Positions 28,607-40,904 of a DNA stretch of 64,000 nucleotides are shown piece after piece; position 1 is the first letter of the stretch; the number at the start of each line of letters is the position of its first letter. The stretch spans positions 1,659,172 to 1,723,171 of the forward strand of contig CAVVUN010000015.1 in the NCBI GenBank assembly GCA_963751455.1, written 5' to 3'. Source of the DNA: Nitrospirota bacterium. Its GTDB lineage: Bacteria > Nitrospirota > UBA9217. Under the pieces are notes generated by a model that worked only from the letters and a program-made list of their open reading frames with translations, was not told the DNA's origin and searched no databases. Both the position numbers and the translations under genes were made by a program.

Positions 28607-31600
28607 ATGAAGAAGATTGAAAACAGCAAGCTGTACAGCGTGGACGATCTCAAACAAACGCGCGACGCCATGGACTTCATGGCGAACCTCCTGCAGTCCT
28701 CCACGGAGTATTCCATCATCGGCAAGGACCTCGACGGAAAGGTCCTGCTCTGGAACGAGGGCGCCCGCCGGATTTACGGGTACGACTCCGAGGAAGTGGT
28801 CGGCAAGGCGAACTCCTCCATCCTCCACACCGAGGAAGACGTCAAGTCCGGCAAGCCTCACCAGATGATAGATGCGGCCCTGCGCGAGGGTAAATGGGAA
28901 GGCACGATCAACCGGCGCAGGAAGAACGGGGAGCATCTTCAACGCGCGCGTCGTCATCACCCCCCGGCGGGACGAAGCGGGCAAGCCCATAGGCTTTCTG
29001 CTCATCTCGAAGGACATCTCGAACGAGATGCGCTTTACCGAGCAGCTCAGGAAGGCGAAGCTCTTCGACAGCGCCATCGTGTCGAACGCCCAGGAGGCGG
29101 TGGACTTCATCACGAACATCCTCGAGTCCTCCACCGAGTATTCGGTCATCGGTAAGGACCTGGACGGCAAGATCCTGCTCTGGAACGAAGGCGCCCGGCG
29201 TCTCTACGGGTTCGAGCCGGAAGAGGTCGTGGGCAAGGCCAACTCCTCGATCCTCCATACGGAGGAGGACGTGGCCACGGGAAAACCCCGGGAGATCCTG
29301 GACGCGGCCCTGCACAACGGCAAATGGGAAGGCACGATCACCCGCCGCAGGAAAAACGGCGAGCTCTTCAAGGCCCGGGTCGTCATCACCCCCCGCCGCG
29401 ACTCGCTCGGCCGGGCCATCGGCTTCCTGCTCATCTCGAAGGACATCTCGGACGAAATCCGGCTCACCGAACAGTTAAAGTCAACCCAGTTTTATACCCG
29501 GTCGCTCATCGAATCGAACATCGACGCTCTCATGGCCACGGACCCGCTCGGCATCATAAGCGACGTGAACAAGCAGATGGTGACCCTGACCGGCTACACG
29601 CGGGACGAACTAATCGGCTCTCCGTTCAAGAACTATTTCACCGATCCCGAGCGTGCGGAGGAAGGCATCAAGCTGGTGCTGCGCGAGGGCAAGGTCACGA
29701 ACTACGAACTCACCGCCCTTTCCAAGACCGGCAAGAAAACGGTGGTCTCCTACAACGCGTCCACGTTCCGCGACGCCGAGGGCAAGCTCCAGGGCGTGTT
29801 CGCGGCGGCCCGCGACATTACCGAGCAGAAAGAGCTGGAGCAGAGGCTCCGCGAGTCCGAAGCTTACAACCGCGGGCTCATTGAGGCCTCGGTGGACGGC
29901 CTGATCACGGTCGATCCCACGGGCTCGATCTCCGACGTGAACGCGCGCATGTGCCAGATGTCGGGCTATACCCGGGAGGAACTTACCGGCACGCCCTTCA
30001 TCGATTATTTCGTGGACAGCGAACGTGCGGACTCGGGCGTCCGTCAGACCTTCGATCAGGGGGTGGTCACGGATTACGCGCTTACCATGGCCACCCGGGA
30101 CGGCAGGCAGCTGATCGTGTCGTTCAACGCGTCGGTGTTTAAAGACCCCTCGGGAGAGGTGCGCGGGATCTTCGCCTCCGCGCGCGACATCACCGATCAG
30201 GCGAGGCTCCAGACCCAGATCTCTGAAGAACGGGCTTACAACCGGGGTCTCATCGAGGCTTCCCTGGACGGCCTGATCACGGTGGATCCCATGCTGAACA
30301 TCACGGACGTGAACGAGACCATGTGCCGCATGGCCGGCTACGCCAGAAAGGAACTCATCGGCTCGCCGTTCCCGGACTATTTCACCGATGCCAGGCGGGC
30401 GGCCGAGGGTGTCAGGCTCACCCTCGACAAGGGGGCCGTGACCAACTACGAGCTTACCCTCCACAGCAAAGACGGAGCGGAGCAACTGGTCTCCTTCAAC
30501 GCCGCCATATTCAAGGACGAGGCCGGCGCGGTGCGCGGGATCTTCGCCAGCGCCCGTAACATCACGGAGCAGACGAAATTACAGGCCCAGCTTGCCGAAG
30601 AGCGGGCGTACAACCGCGGCCTCATCGAGGCCTCCGTGGACGGCCTGGTCACGGTCGACGAGGCCATGCTGATCACGGACGTGAACGAGACCATGTGCCG
30701 CATGGCCGGCAGGACCAGAAACCAGATCATCGGGTCTTCGTTCCCCACTTACTTCTCCGAACGGGACCTGGCGGCCGAGGGCGTGCACCTCACGTTTAAA
30801 GAAGGGTCCGTCACCAACTACGTTTTGACCCTGCAAGCCGTGAAAGGGCAAAAGGTGCCGGTCTCTTTCAACGCGGCCGTGTTCAAGGACGCCTCCGGCA
30901 AGGTGCGCGGCATCTTCGCCTCGGCCCGCGACATCACCGAGCAGAAGAAGCTCGAAGCCCAGCTCCAGGCCTCGCAGTTCTACACCCGGTCGCTCATCGA
31001 ATCGAACATCGACGCACTCATGACCACGGACCCGGTCGGCATCATCACTGACGTAAACCAGCAGATGGAGGCCCTTACCGGCCATACCCGTGAAGAGCTG
31101 ATCGGCTCTCCCTTCAAGAACTTCTTCACCGAGCCGCAAAGGGCCGAGGAAGGCATCAAAATCGTGGTCCGCGAAGGCAGGGTCACGAACTACGAACTCA
31201 CGGCCAGGAGCAAACAGGGCAAGAAAACGGTCGTGTCCTACAACGCCGCCACGTTTGCCGACCGCGATAGGAAGCTTTCGGGTGTGTTCGCCGCAGCCCG
31301 CGACATCACCGAACAGAAAAAACTGGAGCAGCAGTTACGGGATTCCCAGGCGTACAACCGGGGCCTCATCGAGGCCTCCGTTGACGGCCTCATCACCGTG
31401 GACCCCGAGGGCATCATCAGCGACGTTAACGACCGCATGTGCCAGATGAGCGGCTACACCCGGGGCGAGCTGATCGGCACGCCGTTCTCCGACTATTTCA
31501 CGGACCCGGCCCTGGCCACCGCGGGCGTCAAGGAAACCTTCGAGAAGGGGATCGTGACCGAGTACGCGCTGACCCTGATTTCCCGGACTCGTCGATTCCT

Positions 31601-33554
31601 GCAGGTGTCGTTCAACGCCTCGGTGTTCAAGGACCCGTCCGGCAGCGTGCGCGGCATCTTCGCCTCCGCCCGCGACATCACGGATCGCGTCCGCCTTGAA
31701 GAGCAGCTTCGTGAGCAGCAGACGTATCTCCGCGGGCTCATCGAGTCCTCGGTGGACGGCCTCATCACCGTGGACCCCGAAGGGTTCATCACGGACGTAA
31801 ACGAGCAGATGTGCCGCATGACCGGGTACAGCAGAGACGAGTTGATCGGGTCGTCCTTCAGGCAATACTTCACCGAACCCCAGCGGGCCGACGTCGGCGT
31901 CAAATCCACCTTCGCCCAGGGCGTGGTCACAAACTACGCCCTGGTCCTCAAAACAAAAACCGGCCGGAAGGCCACGGTGTCCTTCAACGCGTCGGTCTTC
32001 CGCGCGGGAGACGGAAGGGTGCAGGGCATCTTCGCCTCGGCCCGCGACATCAGCGAACAGGCCCGGCTCCAGACCCAGCTCGTGGATCAGCAGGCCTACA
32101 ACCGGTCGCTGATCGAAGCCTCCGCGGACGCGCTCTTCGCCATTGCGCCCGACGGCGCGATCACGGACGTGAACGAGGAAGCGACCCGGCTCACCGGCTA
32201 CTCGCGGAAACACCTGGTCAACTCCGGGTTCGCGGGATACTTCACCGAGCCCCTTCGCGCGAGCGAAGGCGTCAGCCAGACGCTCGCGCAGGGCCGCGTG
32301 CTCGCGTACGAACTGGTCCTGATCACGCGCCAGAATAGAAGGATCGCGGTCTCCTTCAACGCGGGCGTATTCTCCGACGCGGCGGGAAAACAGCTCGGCA
32401 TCCTTGCCGGCGCCCGCGACATCACGGACCAGAAGAAACTGGAGCAGCAGCTTCGCGATCAGCAGTTCTACTCCCGGTCCCTGATCGAGTCCAACATCGA
32501 CGCGCTCATGACCACGGACCCGGTGGGAATCATCACGGACGTGAACCAGCAGATGGAGGCCCTGACCGGCTACAACCGGGAGGAGCTCATCGGCGCGCCG
32601 TTCAAGACCTACTTCACCGACCCCAAGCTGGCCGAGGAAGGCATCCGGCTCGTGCTCAGGGAAGGCAACGTTACGAACTACGAGCTCACCGCCAGGAGCA
32701 AGCAGGGCAGGGAAACGGTCGTGTCCTACAACGCCACCACGTTCGCGGACCGGGACGGAAAACTGCAGGGCGTGTTCGCCGCGGCCCGGGACGTGACGGA
32801 ACGCAAGCGTTTCGAGCAGACGCTGCAGGAGAAGAGCGTTGAAATGGAGAACGCCAACCTGTCCAAGGACCGCTTCCTGGCCAGCATGAGCCACGAGCTC
32901 CGGACCCCGCTAAACGCCGTCATCGGGTTCACCGGCACGCTGCTCATGAAGCTCCCCGGGCCTTTGACGAGCGATCAGGAAGGCCAGCTCCAGAACATCT
33001 CGACCAGCGCCAAGCATCTGCTTCTGCTCATCAATGATCTGCTGGATCTGGCCAAGATCGAGTCGGGCAAGGTCGAGCTCAAGCTCGAACCCATCTCGTG
33101 CCAGAGCATTGTGCAGGAAGTGGCTTCGACACTCCTGCCCATGGCGGCCAGCAAGGGCCTCAAGCTCACCGTCATCGTGCCGGACAGAGAACTGGTGCTG
33201 AATACGGACCGGCGGTCCCTTTCCCAGGTCCTCTTGAACCTCACCTACAACGCCATTAAATTTACCGAAAAGGGCGAGGTGAAGCTGGAGCTGAGGCACA
33301 ACCACCACGGCGGGCTCGTGCGGATCGAATTCCGCGTGATCGACACGGGCATCGGCATCAAACCCGAGGACCAGGCAATGCTCTTCCAGGCGTTCACGCA
33401 GGTGGATTCCTCGAGCGCACGCCGTTACGAAGGCACCGGCCTGGGCCTGCACCTGAGCCAGAAGCTCGCCGAGCTCCTGAACGGCCGCATCTCCTTCAAG
33501 AGCGACTACGGCAAGGGGAGCGAGTTTATGATGGTGTTGGAAGAGCAGCGGTGA
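28607..33554 (+). CDS. Cytoplasmic histidine kinase with 11 tandem PAS domains (one frameshift near 28931)
   Basis: ORFs 28574 and 28872 join across a 1-bp insertion; SHELRTPLN, NAIKFT and GTGLGL. Confidence 0.88.
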
Positions 33555-33632
33555 GGCGATTGCGGATTTGCGATTGCGGATTGCGGAATGAACGGCAAAG
33601 GACAATTTCGGAATGCAGATTTTCAGCCTCTA

Positions 33633-33851
33633 CGTCATTCCGGCTTGTCCGGAATCATTTTGCCACACGACATAATGAAAAGATCGATTTCGGGCAAGCC
33701 GGAATGACGGTCTGTTGTTCGCCGATTTTACAGCCTTTGACGTCATTCCCGCTTGTCGGGAATCTTTTTTCAGAATGACGGGAAGGATTCCGGGCGCCCT
33801 GCACTCGCGCTATGCACTCGTAATCGCTGGGTGCAGGCAAGCCGGAATGAC
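33633..33851. repeat. Two GTCATTCC-type REP-like doublets
   Basis: GTCATTCCGGCTTGTCCGGAATC...GGGCAAGCCGGAATGAC twice; the second carries an insert; related half near 40852-40895. Confidence 0.8.
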
Positions 33852-33866
33852 AGTTAAGGAGTTCTT

Positions 33867-36800
33867 ATGATCATATCAAACTACGAACTGCTCGAAAAGC
33901 TCGCCGAGGCGCCGCAGGCCGCGGTCTACAGGGCTTTTCACAAGAAGAATCCCGAACGCGTCCTGGCCCTGAAGATTCTGAAGGCTGGGAGCCTGTCCGA
34001 ACACAAGAAGGCCCAGTTCAGGCAGAAGATCGAGCATCTTCGCATCCTGAACGATCCCTTGGTGATCACGCCGATATCCTTCTTCGAGTCGGACGGGATC
34101 TGCTGCATAACCCAGGAGTACTTTGAGGCGATTACCCTGGACAAGCTTCAGGAAACGCATTCGAGGTTGAACCTAAATGATTTTTTCACCATCGCGTGCA
34201 AGCTCGCCCGTGCCCTCGAAAAGGTCCACGACGCGGGGATCATCCACGGAGGCATCAAGCCGCATAATATACTGGTCGACGTGAGCAAACTCGACATCCG
34301 GCTTATCGATTTCATGAGCGCCGTGGACGTGCGCGACGTCTCCCATTTTATCTACGACCGGGCCTTTGTCCGGGACACGCTGGCCTATACATCCCTGGAG
34401 CAGACGGGACGCATCAACCACCGCGTGGTCTTTTCATCGGACCTCTATTCCCTCGGGATCGTGCTGTACGAGATGCTGACCGGCCGCCTCCCGTTCTATT
34501 CAGAGGACCCCCTGGAGCTGATCCACGCCCACCTTGCGAAGGAAGCGCCCAGGGTCCACGAGCTGAATCCCAACATCCCCGTAGCGCTTTCCAAGATCAT
34601 AGCCAAGCTCATGCTGAAGCAGCCTGAAAAGCGTTACCAGTCGAGCGGCGGGCTCTTAGCCGACCTCGCCAGGTGCAGGGATGAGTTTTCAGCCATCGGC
34701 ACGATCCGCGAGTTTCCGTTAGAAAGCAGCTTCCTTACCCAGCGGGTCGCCTTCATATCGAAGATGGTGGGCCGCGATAAGGAAGCGGACACCATTTTGG
34801 ACGAATACGAGCAGGCGGCTAAGGGCGCCTTCCGCGCCTTGTTCATTTCCGGCCTTTCCGGCATCGGCAAGACCCGCCTGATCCAGGAACTGCAGAAGCC
34901 GATCGTAAAGCACCGGGGCTACTTTACCTCCGGCAAATTCGACGTGTACCAGAAGAACATCCCGTACAGCTCCCTGATCCAGGCCCTTAAAAACCTGATG
35001 CGGACCTTCCTGACCGAGAGCGACGAACGGGTGGCCCTCTGGAAGACCAAGATAGTAAAGGCCGTGGGCAAGAACGGAAAGGTCCTGACGGACGTGATCC
35101 CGGAGCTCGAAATACTGATTGGGCCCCAGCCCGGGGTGAAGCAGCTCCCCCCGGTGGAATCGCTCAACCGCTTCCACGATCTCTTCGACCGTTTCCTCAC
35201 CTGCCTCGCGAGCGAGGAAAACCCGCTCACGCTCTTTATCGACGATTTGCAGTGGTGCGACGTGGCCTCCTTCGACTTCCTGGCCGAACATCTTCGCGAA
35301 CTACAAGGACCATCCTTATCTGTTTCTTTTGGGGGCCTACCGCCATAACGAGGTGGATTCAAGCCATCCCCTGTCGAAGCTTATCCGAAACGTCAACGAG
35401 GGGAACCAACCGTTGGAGGAGATAAGGCTGGACCCCCTGAAGCCCCAGCATTGTCACGAGATGGTCTCCTACATACTCGATTCCCCCCGTCAGCAGACGA
35501 GGGCCCTGGCGGATTTCATCAATACGCTCTCCGAGGGGAACCCCCTGTTCGTATCCGAAAGCCTGTCCTACCTTCACAATGAAGACCTTCTCTTTTTAGA
35601 CAGCGACAGGCAGTGGCGCTGGGACCTGGACAAGATCAGGCAGTCCCACATGCCGACCACCGTGGTCGCGCTTTTCTCCTCGAAGATCAGGAAGCTCCCG
35701 CAAGATCTCGTAACGCTTCTCGAATACTGCGCATGCATGGGCAATACCTTTTCGCCGACCGAGATTTCCGAAATCCGGGAAATGAGCCTGATCGAGACGT
35801 TCGAGATGCTGAAGCCGGCTTTGGGCCAGGGCCTGATCATGGAGACCAAGAACCAGCTCCAGTTCATCCACGACCGGGTCCAGGAAGCCGTGTTGTCTGC
35901 GATCCCGGCCAAGCGGCGGCGCGAGATCCACTGGACCATCGGCAACCACCTCCTGGCCGCGATGCCCCCGGGCGCGGACGTGGAAAAGCTCGAAAACCTG
36001 TTCACCATCGTCTCACACCTGAACCTCGGCAGGGACGAGCACCCGGACTCCGGCTCTTCCTACTCTCTTTCGGAGCTCAACTATCATGCCGGCAACAAGG
36101 CCCTTGACTCTCTCGCTACGGAGGCGGCCAACGAGTACTTCAACCTGAGCCGCGAGCTTCTGCCGGAAGACTGCTGGACCGCGGGCCATTACGAGCGCAC
36201 GTTCCGCATCTTCAAGAAGGTGGCGAAGACCGAGCTCATGTGCGGCAACTACGCCAAATCGGAAAAGCTCCTGGCCCAGCTCCTGGAGCACGCGAAGACG
36301 GACCTGGACAAGGCCGAATGCCTGGCTGAACAGACGACCTCGCTGTCCTCCATCGGAAACTTCATCAAGGCGATCGAAACCGCCAACCGGGGGCTCGCCT
36401 ATTTCGACAAGGCCATTCCCGAAAGCCCGGAAGAGTCCGACAAACGGAGAGCGGATTTGATGGCCGAAATCTCCGCCAGGGGCATCGACGTGTGGGATAC
36501 GATCCTGAACATGCCCTTTACGAACGATAGAAAGAGCAAGATCGAGCTTGCCTTTTACAGTGAGCTTATCCCGGACCTTTACATGTCCGGCCTCGTGCCC
36601 CAGCTTTATCTCTCCGCTGCACAGTCCACCCAACACTGCCTCGCGGGCGGCATGGACGAGTCCGTGATCTACTCTTTCAGCATCATGGGCCTTCAGCTCG
36701 GAGAGCAGGAGGAGTTCGAACAGGCCTTCAAGTACGAAGACCTGGCCCGCGACCTTTCCGCGAAATATCCCAATACCTTCGGCGCCACCCGGGGGATGAA

Positions 36801-38362
36801 CGGGATCGTATGGTGCAACATGCACTCCCGCAGCCACCCGAGGGAGATCGTAGATTACTGCCTCAAGTCGATCCAAAGCGGGAAGAACTGCGGCGACCTG
36901 TACAACGCCGGTCTTTCCTACGGCCCCCTCATGTGGAACCTCCAGGTCCAGGGAGCGGACATGTCCATCATCGAGGACTGCGCCAAGGAATGCCTCCAGT
37001 TCTCCAACCGGTATCATCTGTCCTTCTCGGTGGGGCTTGCCGAGGCCATGCAGGCGGGCTGGATAGAGCCCATGAAGAAAACTTACGCGCCCGCAAACAT
37101 GGAGGAGAAACTGAGGCAGTGGGAGCGGGCAAACCACATCGCGTCCGCGGGAAGCTATTATGTCTTGAAGGCCCTGACGCACTACTATTTCGGAGAACAC
37201 GAGGAGGCGGAGCGGTACCTGGTAGGCGTCAGAAAATATCTTTCGGGCCTTACGGACAACGTGCTCAAGAGGCAATGGCACGTGTTTCGCGTCTTGAATT
37301 CGCTCAAACTCTACGAACGGGGCACGGGCTTCAACAGCAAGGACGCGTTGATGGCGGAGATCCAGCCGATCATACAGAAAATCGAGACGTGGGCGGCGTT
37401 GGGCCCGCTTTTAAAACCCTATCTCGCTTTCCTAATATGCCGAAGTTGGGAGGGTCACCGGCGATTTCAAGAACGCCCGGGGGCTGTACCTGGACGCGAT
37501 CGACATGGCGCACAAACAAAAGTGTACCTTTCTGGCGGGGCACTTGAACGAGTGCCTCGGCGAGCTGTATCTTCACACGGGCCAGTCTTCCGAGCGGGTG
37601 TATTTCACCGAGGCGGCGAGGCTTTACCGGGCCTGCCGCGCGGAGAGAAAAGCGGCCGGGCTCGTGGAAAAGTACACCGAATATTTCGAGGAGGAAAAGA
37701 CCTCCCTGCCGCAGCCCGAGTACGTGTCTCCGTCGTCGTATACTCTGCCGGACCTCGACATCGAGTACCTCATGAAATCCTCGCGCGCCATTTCCGCGGA
37801 GATCGAGCAGGACGCCCTGTTAAAAAAGATCATGAAGGTGGTCATTGAGAGCTCGGGCGCGCAGAACGGGTATCTTCTGATCGAAGAGGAGGGAAACCTC
37901 TTCATCCGCTCGGAAAGCCACATTGCGGACAAGGAAGGCGTTCACCCCGTTAGAGATTTAAGAGCCGACCAGCGCTCGAATAAATTGCTGGATATCTCTA
38001 ACGGGGTAAAAACCCTGAACCAGAAATTCGAGGACGCGGGAGACGTGTGCAAGGCGGTCATCCGCTATGTGTACCGGACCGGGGAGCGATTGATCCTGAA
38101 CAACGCGTCGCAGGAAGGGGCGTTCAAAGACAACCCCGAGGTGCAGGCCATGCAGCTCCGCTCAGTGCTCTGCCTGCCGGTGATCAAACAGACGAAGATG
38201 GTCGGCATCCTGTACCTGGAAAACCGCCTCTCGGAGTCGGTCTTCACTTCGGAAAAGACGCAGATGACCGAGCTCCTGACCCTGCAGGCCGCCATCTCGC
38301 TGGAGAATGCAAGGCTGGTCAATGAAATGAAATTTCGCAATTTAGGGATTAATAAAATTTAG
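33867..38362 (+). pseudogene. Ser/Thr kinase - AAA ATPase - GAF protein, frameshifted (~35286, ~37435) and apparently truncated
   Basis: IIHGGIKPHN kinase, GLSGIGKT, IDDLQW, GAYRHNEV, EGNPLF and LYLEN across three frames; breaks may be assembly errors. Confidence 0.75.
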
Positions 38363-38440
38363 GAATTGGGGGATTGAGGGATTTAGGGATTAATAGAATT
38401 GAGGGATTTGGGATTTAATACCTAAATTCCTAAATTATTT
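38330..38440. repeat. GAATTGAG/GATTTAGG-type octamer tandem-repeat element
   Basis: GGATTGAG GGATTTAG GGATTAAT... facing CCTAAATT CCTAAATT; relatives at 39525-39605 and 40658-40716. Confidence 0.75.
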
Positions 38441-38446
38441 TTTAAC

Positions 38447-38809
38447 ATGAAAATTCTAATCATCGAAGACAACCCAGCCAATCTGGAGCTCATGACGTAT
38501 CTCTTAAGGGCGTTCGGCCATAACGTCGTTTCCGCGCGCGACGGGGCTGAAGGGATTGAACTGGCCCGCCGGGAAATATTAGACGTCATCATCTGCGACG
38601 TGCACCTGCCCAAGGTGGACGGGTACGAAGTCGCCCGCCGTCTCAAAGAGCATCCCGTGCTTGGTCGTATTCCGCTCGTGGCGGTGACCGCCCTGGCCAT
38701 GGTCGGCGACCGCGACAAGGTGCTTGCCGCAGGCTTTGACGGCTACATCGACAAGCCGATCGATCCTCAAATGTTCGTGAAGCAGGTTGAGGCGTTTGGG
38801 AAGAAGTGA
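38447..38809 (+). CDS. Single-domain response regulator (DivK/CheY-like)
   Basis: IEDN, CDVHLPKVDG, VTALAM and KPID. Confidence 0.92.
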   Translation: MKILIIEDNPANLELMTYLLRAFGHNVVSARDGAEGIELARREILDVIICDVHLPKVDGYEVARRLKEHPVLGRIPLVAVTALAMVGDRDKVLAAGFDGYIDKPIDPQMFVKQVEAFGKK

Positions 38810-38898
38810 TGCGATTGCGGATTGCGGATTTCGGAATGCGGAACATTTTAATTTCGGATTTCGGATTGCGGAATGAGAAGAGGCCGGAATGAAAAATC

Positions 38899-39149
38899 AT
38901 GAATAAAGATGATTTGAGAAAACGGACAAAGAAATTTGCGCTGGATGTGATACGATTCGTCGAATCGCTGCCACCGGGGAAGACGGCCTATGTTCTCGGA
39001 AGGCAGCAGGTTTAGTATCATCTGATGATGTGACGCATCTTGTGAATGAAGCCAATGAGTTGCTTGCGATAACGGCCTCATCAATAAAAACAGCAAGGAG
39101 GCGGAACGATTGCAAACTTCCGCAATCCGCGATCCGCAATCCGAAATAG
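38899..39149 (+). pseudogene. Four-helix-bundle (IVS-protein family) gene with internal deletion
   Basis: MNKDDLRKRTKKFALDVIRFVESLP...VLGRQ joined out of frame to ...EANELLAITASSIKTAR; flanked by inverted ATTGCGG arrays. Confidence 0.8.
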
Positions 39150-39152
39150 ACT

Positions 39153-40660
39153 ATGGCAACTATTCTCGTAGTTGAAGACCACGCCATGAGCCGTCAGGTC
39201 CTTAAAAACCTGTTCGGGTATGTGGGGCACCGCGTACTTGAGGCCGCTGACGGCACTGCGGCAGTGGCGCTTGCACGCGCCCAGAACCCGGATCTCATCG
39301 TCAGCGACATCGTCATGCCCGTGATGGACGGCATCGAGTTTATCCGGACAGTCCGCCTTGAGAGGGGACTGGCGAGCATCCCCGTAATCTTCTACACTGC
39401 TACGTATCGGTTGGCGGAAGCCAGACGCCTGGCATCGGAATTCGGAATGTGCCGCGTTATCCATAAGCCCGCTGACCCGCCCATCATCCTTGAGATAGTC
39501 AATGAGATGCTCGGGCTTACGAATAACCCTAATTTAGGAATTGAGGAATTTAGGAATTTTTCCAATCCCTCAATCCCAGAATCCCTCAATTCTTCAATTT
39601 CTTCGAACCTCGAAGTGCTCCAGAACGCAGGTCTGCAACTTGCGATGCTGATGGATCTCAACTTTCACCTCGTCGGCCAGCGTGATCCGCTGCGGTTGCT
39701 GGAAACCTGTTGCAGCGCCATCCGCAGCATCCTTAATTGCCGGTACGCCCGGCTCGCCTTGCTGGAGGAGAACGGACAGACGCGGTATTTTGGGGAAGAT
39801 AAAAGAGAAGAACCGGCTGAAATCGGCGCCACGGCGGGTCTTCACATGGAAACAATTCTTGACCAGGTCATAAGCGAGCGATCGACATTTCGGTGGAGCG
39901 GGAGCTCAGCGGCGGGATTTGACGGAAAACCGGAATCCCGGCGCGCGGATATACCGTTTCTGATATTACCCTTTGCCAGCCGGACCCGGTATATGGCTGG
40001 ATCTGCATGGCGGATAAAGGAGACGGCGCCCCGTTCAGAGATGAAGATGAGGAACTTGCCGTGGCGCTGGCCGCGCAGTCCGCTATCGCTTACGAAAATA
40101 TCATAATACACGCGGAGCTGCGGGAAAGCGAGCATCGTTACCGCTCGCTCTTTGAACACATGTTAGACGGGCTTGCCTACTGCAAGATGCTTTTTGATGA
40201 CCGCGGTTGGCCGCTCGATTTCGTCTATCTTGCCGTCAATGACTCATTCGAGAGGCTGACAGGCCTGGCAAACGTGACAGGCAAAAAGGTGACCGAGGCT
40301 ATTCCGGGGATCAAAGAGGCGCACCCTGAATTGTTTGAAAGATACGCAAGAACGGCGTCGACCGGCCTGCCCGATAAATTCGAGCTCGAATTCAGACCGC
40401 TCGGAATATGGTTGTCGATTTCAGTGTATAGCCCGGAAAAGGATCACTTTGTTGCTCTCTTTGATAACATTACCGAGCGCAAGCGGGCTGAGGAGGAATT
40501 GCGCAAGGTGAATAATGACTTGGCGCGCTTCAACCGCATCGCCGTCGGCCGGGAGTTGCGTATGATCGAATTGAAGAAGGAAATCAACGAGCTTTGTCGC
40601 CAAGGCAATCAACCGTCGTGCTATCCGCTTGAGTTCGAGAATGATTTGAAAAATGATTGA
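39153..40660 (+). CDS. Receiver-GAF-PAS protein (frameshift near 39990)
   Basis: VEDH...SDIVMPVMDG; GAF continues in ORF 40007; ends GRELRMIELKKEINEL. Confidence 0.75.
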
Positions 40661-40746
40661 TTCAGGAATTTAAGAATTAAGGAATTTAATCCCTCAATCC
40701 CCTAATTCTTTAATTCATATCGCGGCCTCCGGCCGCAACCAAAATA

Positions 40747-40804
40747 TGGACCGAGCCGACCGCGTCGGCGTTACAATGAACGGCAACACGGTTGCCTTGG
40801 TCCA
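40747..40804 (+). mobile_element. 58-bp miniature RAYT-end doublet
   Basis: TGGACCGAGCCGACCGCGTCGGCGT-TACAATGA-ACGGCAACACGGTTGCCTTGGTCCA. Confidence 0.9.
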
Positions 40805-40904
40805 AACATTCGTGCGAGCATGTCAAGTGTCGCGGAGAAATATCGAAGAAGGATTCCCCCGAACAAGTCGGGGCAGGCTCCCAAGCCGGAATGACGGTTA
40901 TTCG

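Noticed and set aside
28920-28945. Programmed ribosomal frameshift in the PAS kinase
   Set aside because: No canonical slippery heptamer; the paralogous repeat shows a simple 1-bp insertion, and similar indels occur elsewhere.
29490-32820. Diversity-generating retroelement (similar repeats plus Avd-like four-helix gene)
   Set aside because: No reverse transcriptase in the window; differences between repeats are not confined to adenines; the four-helix gene is broken.
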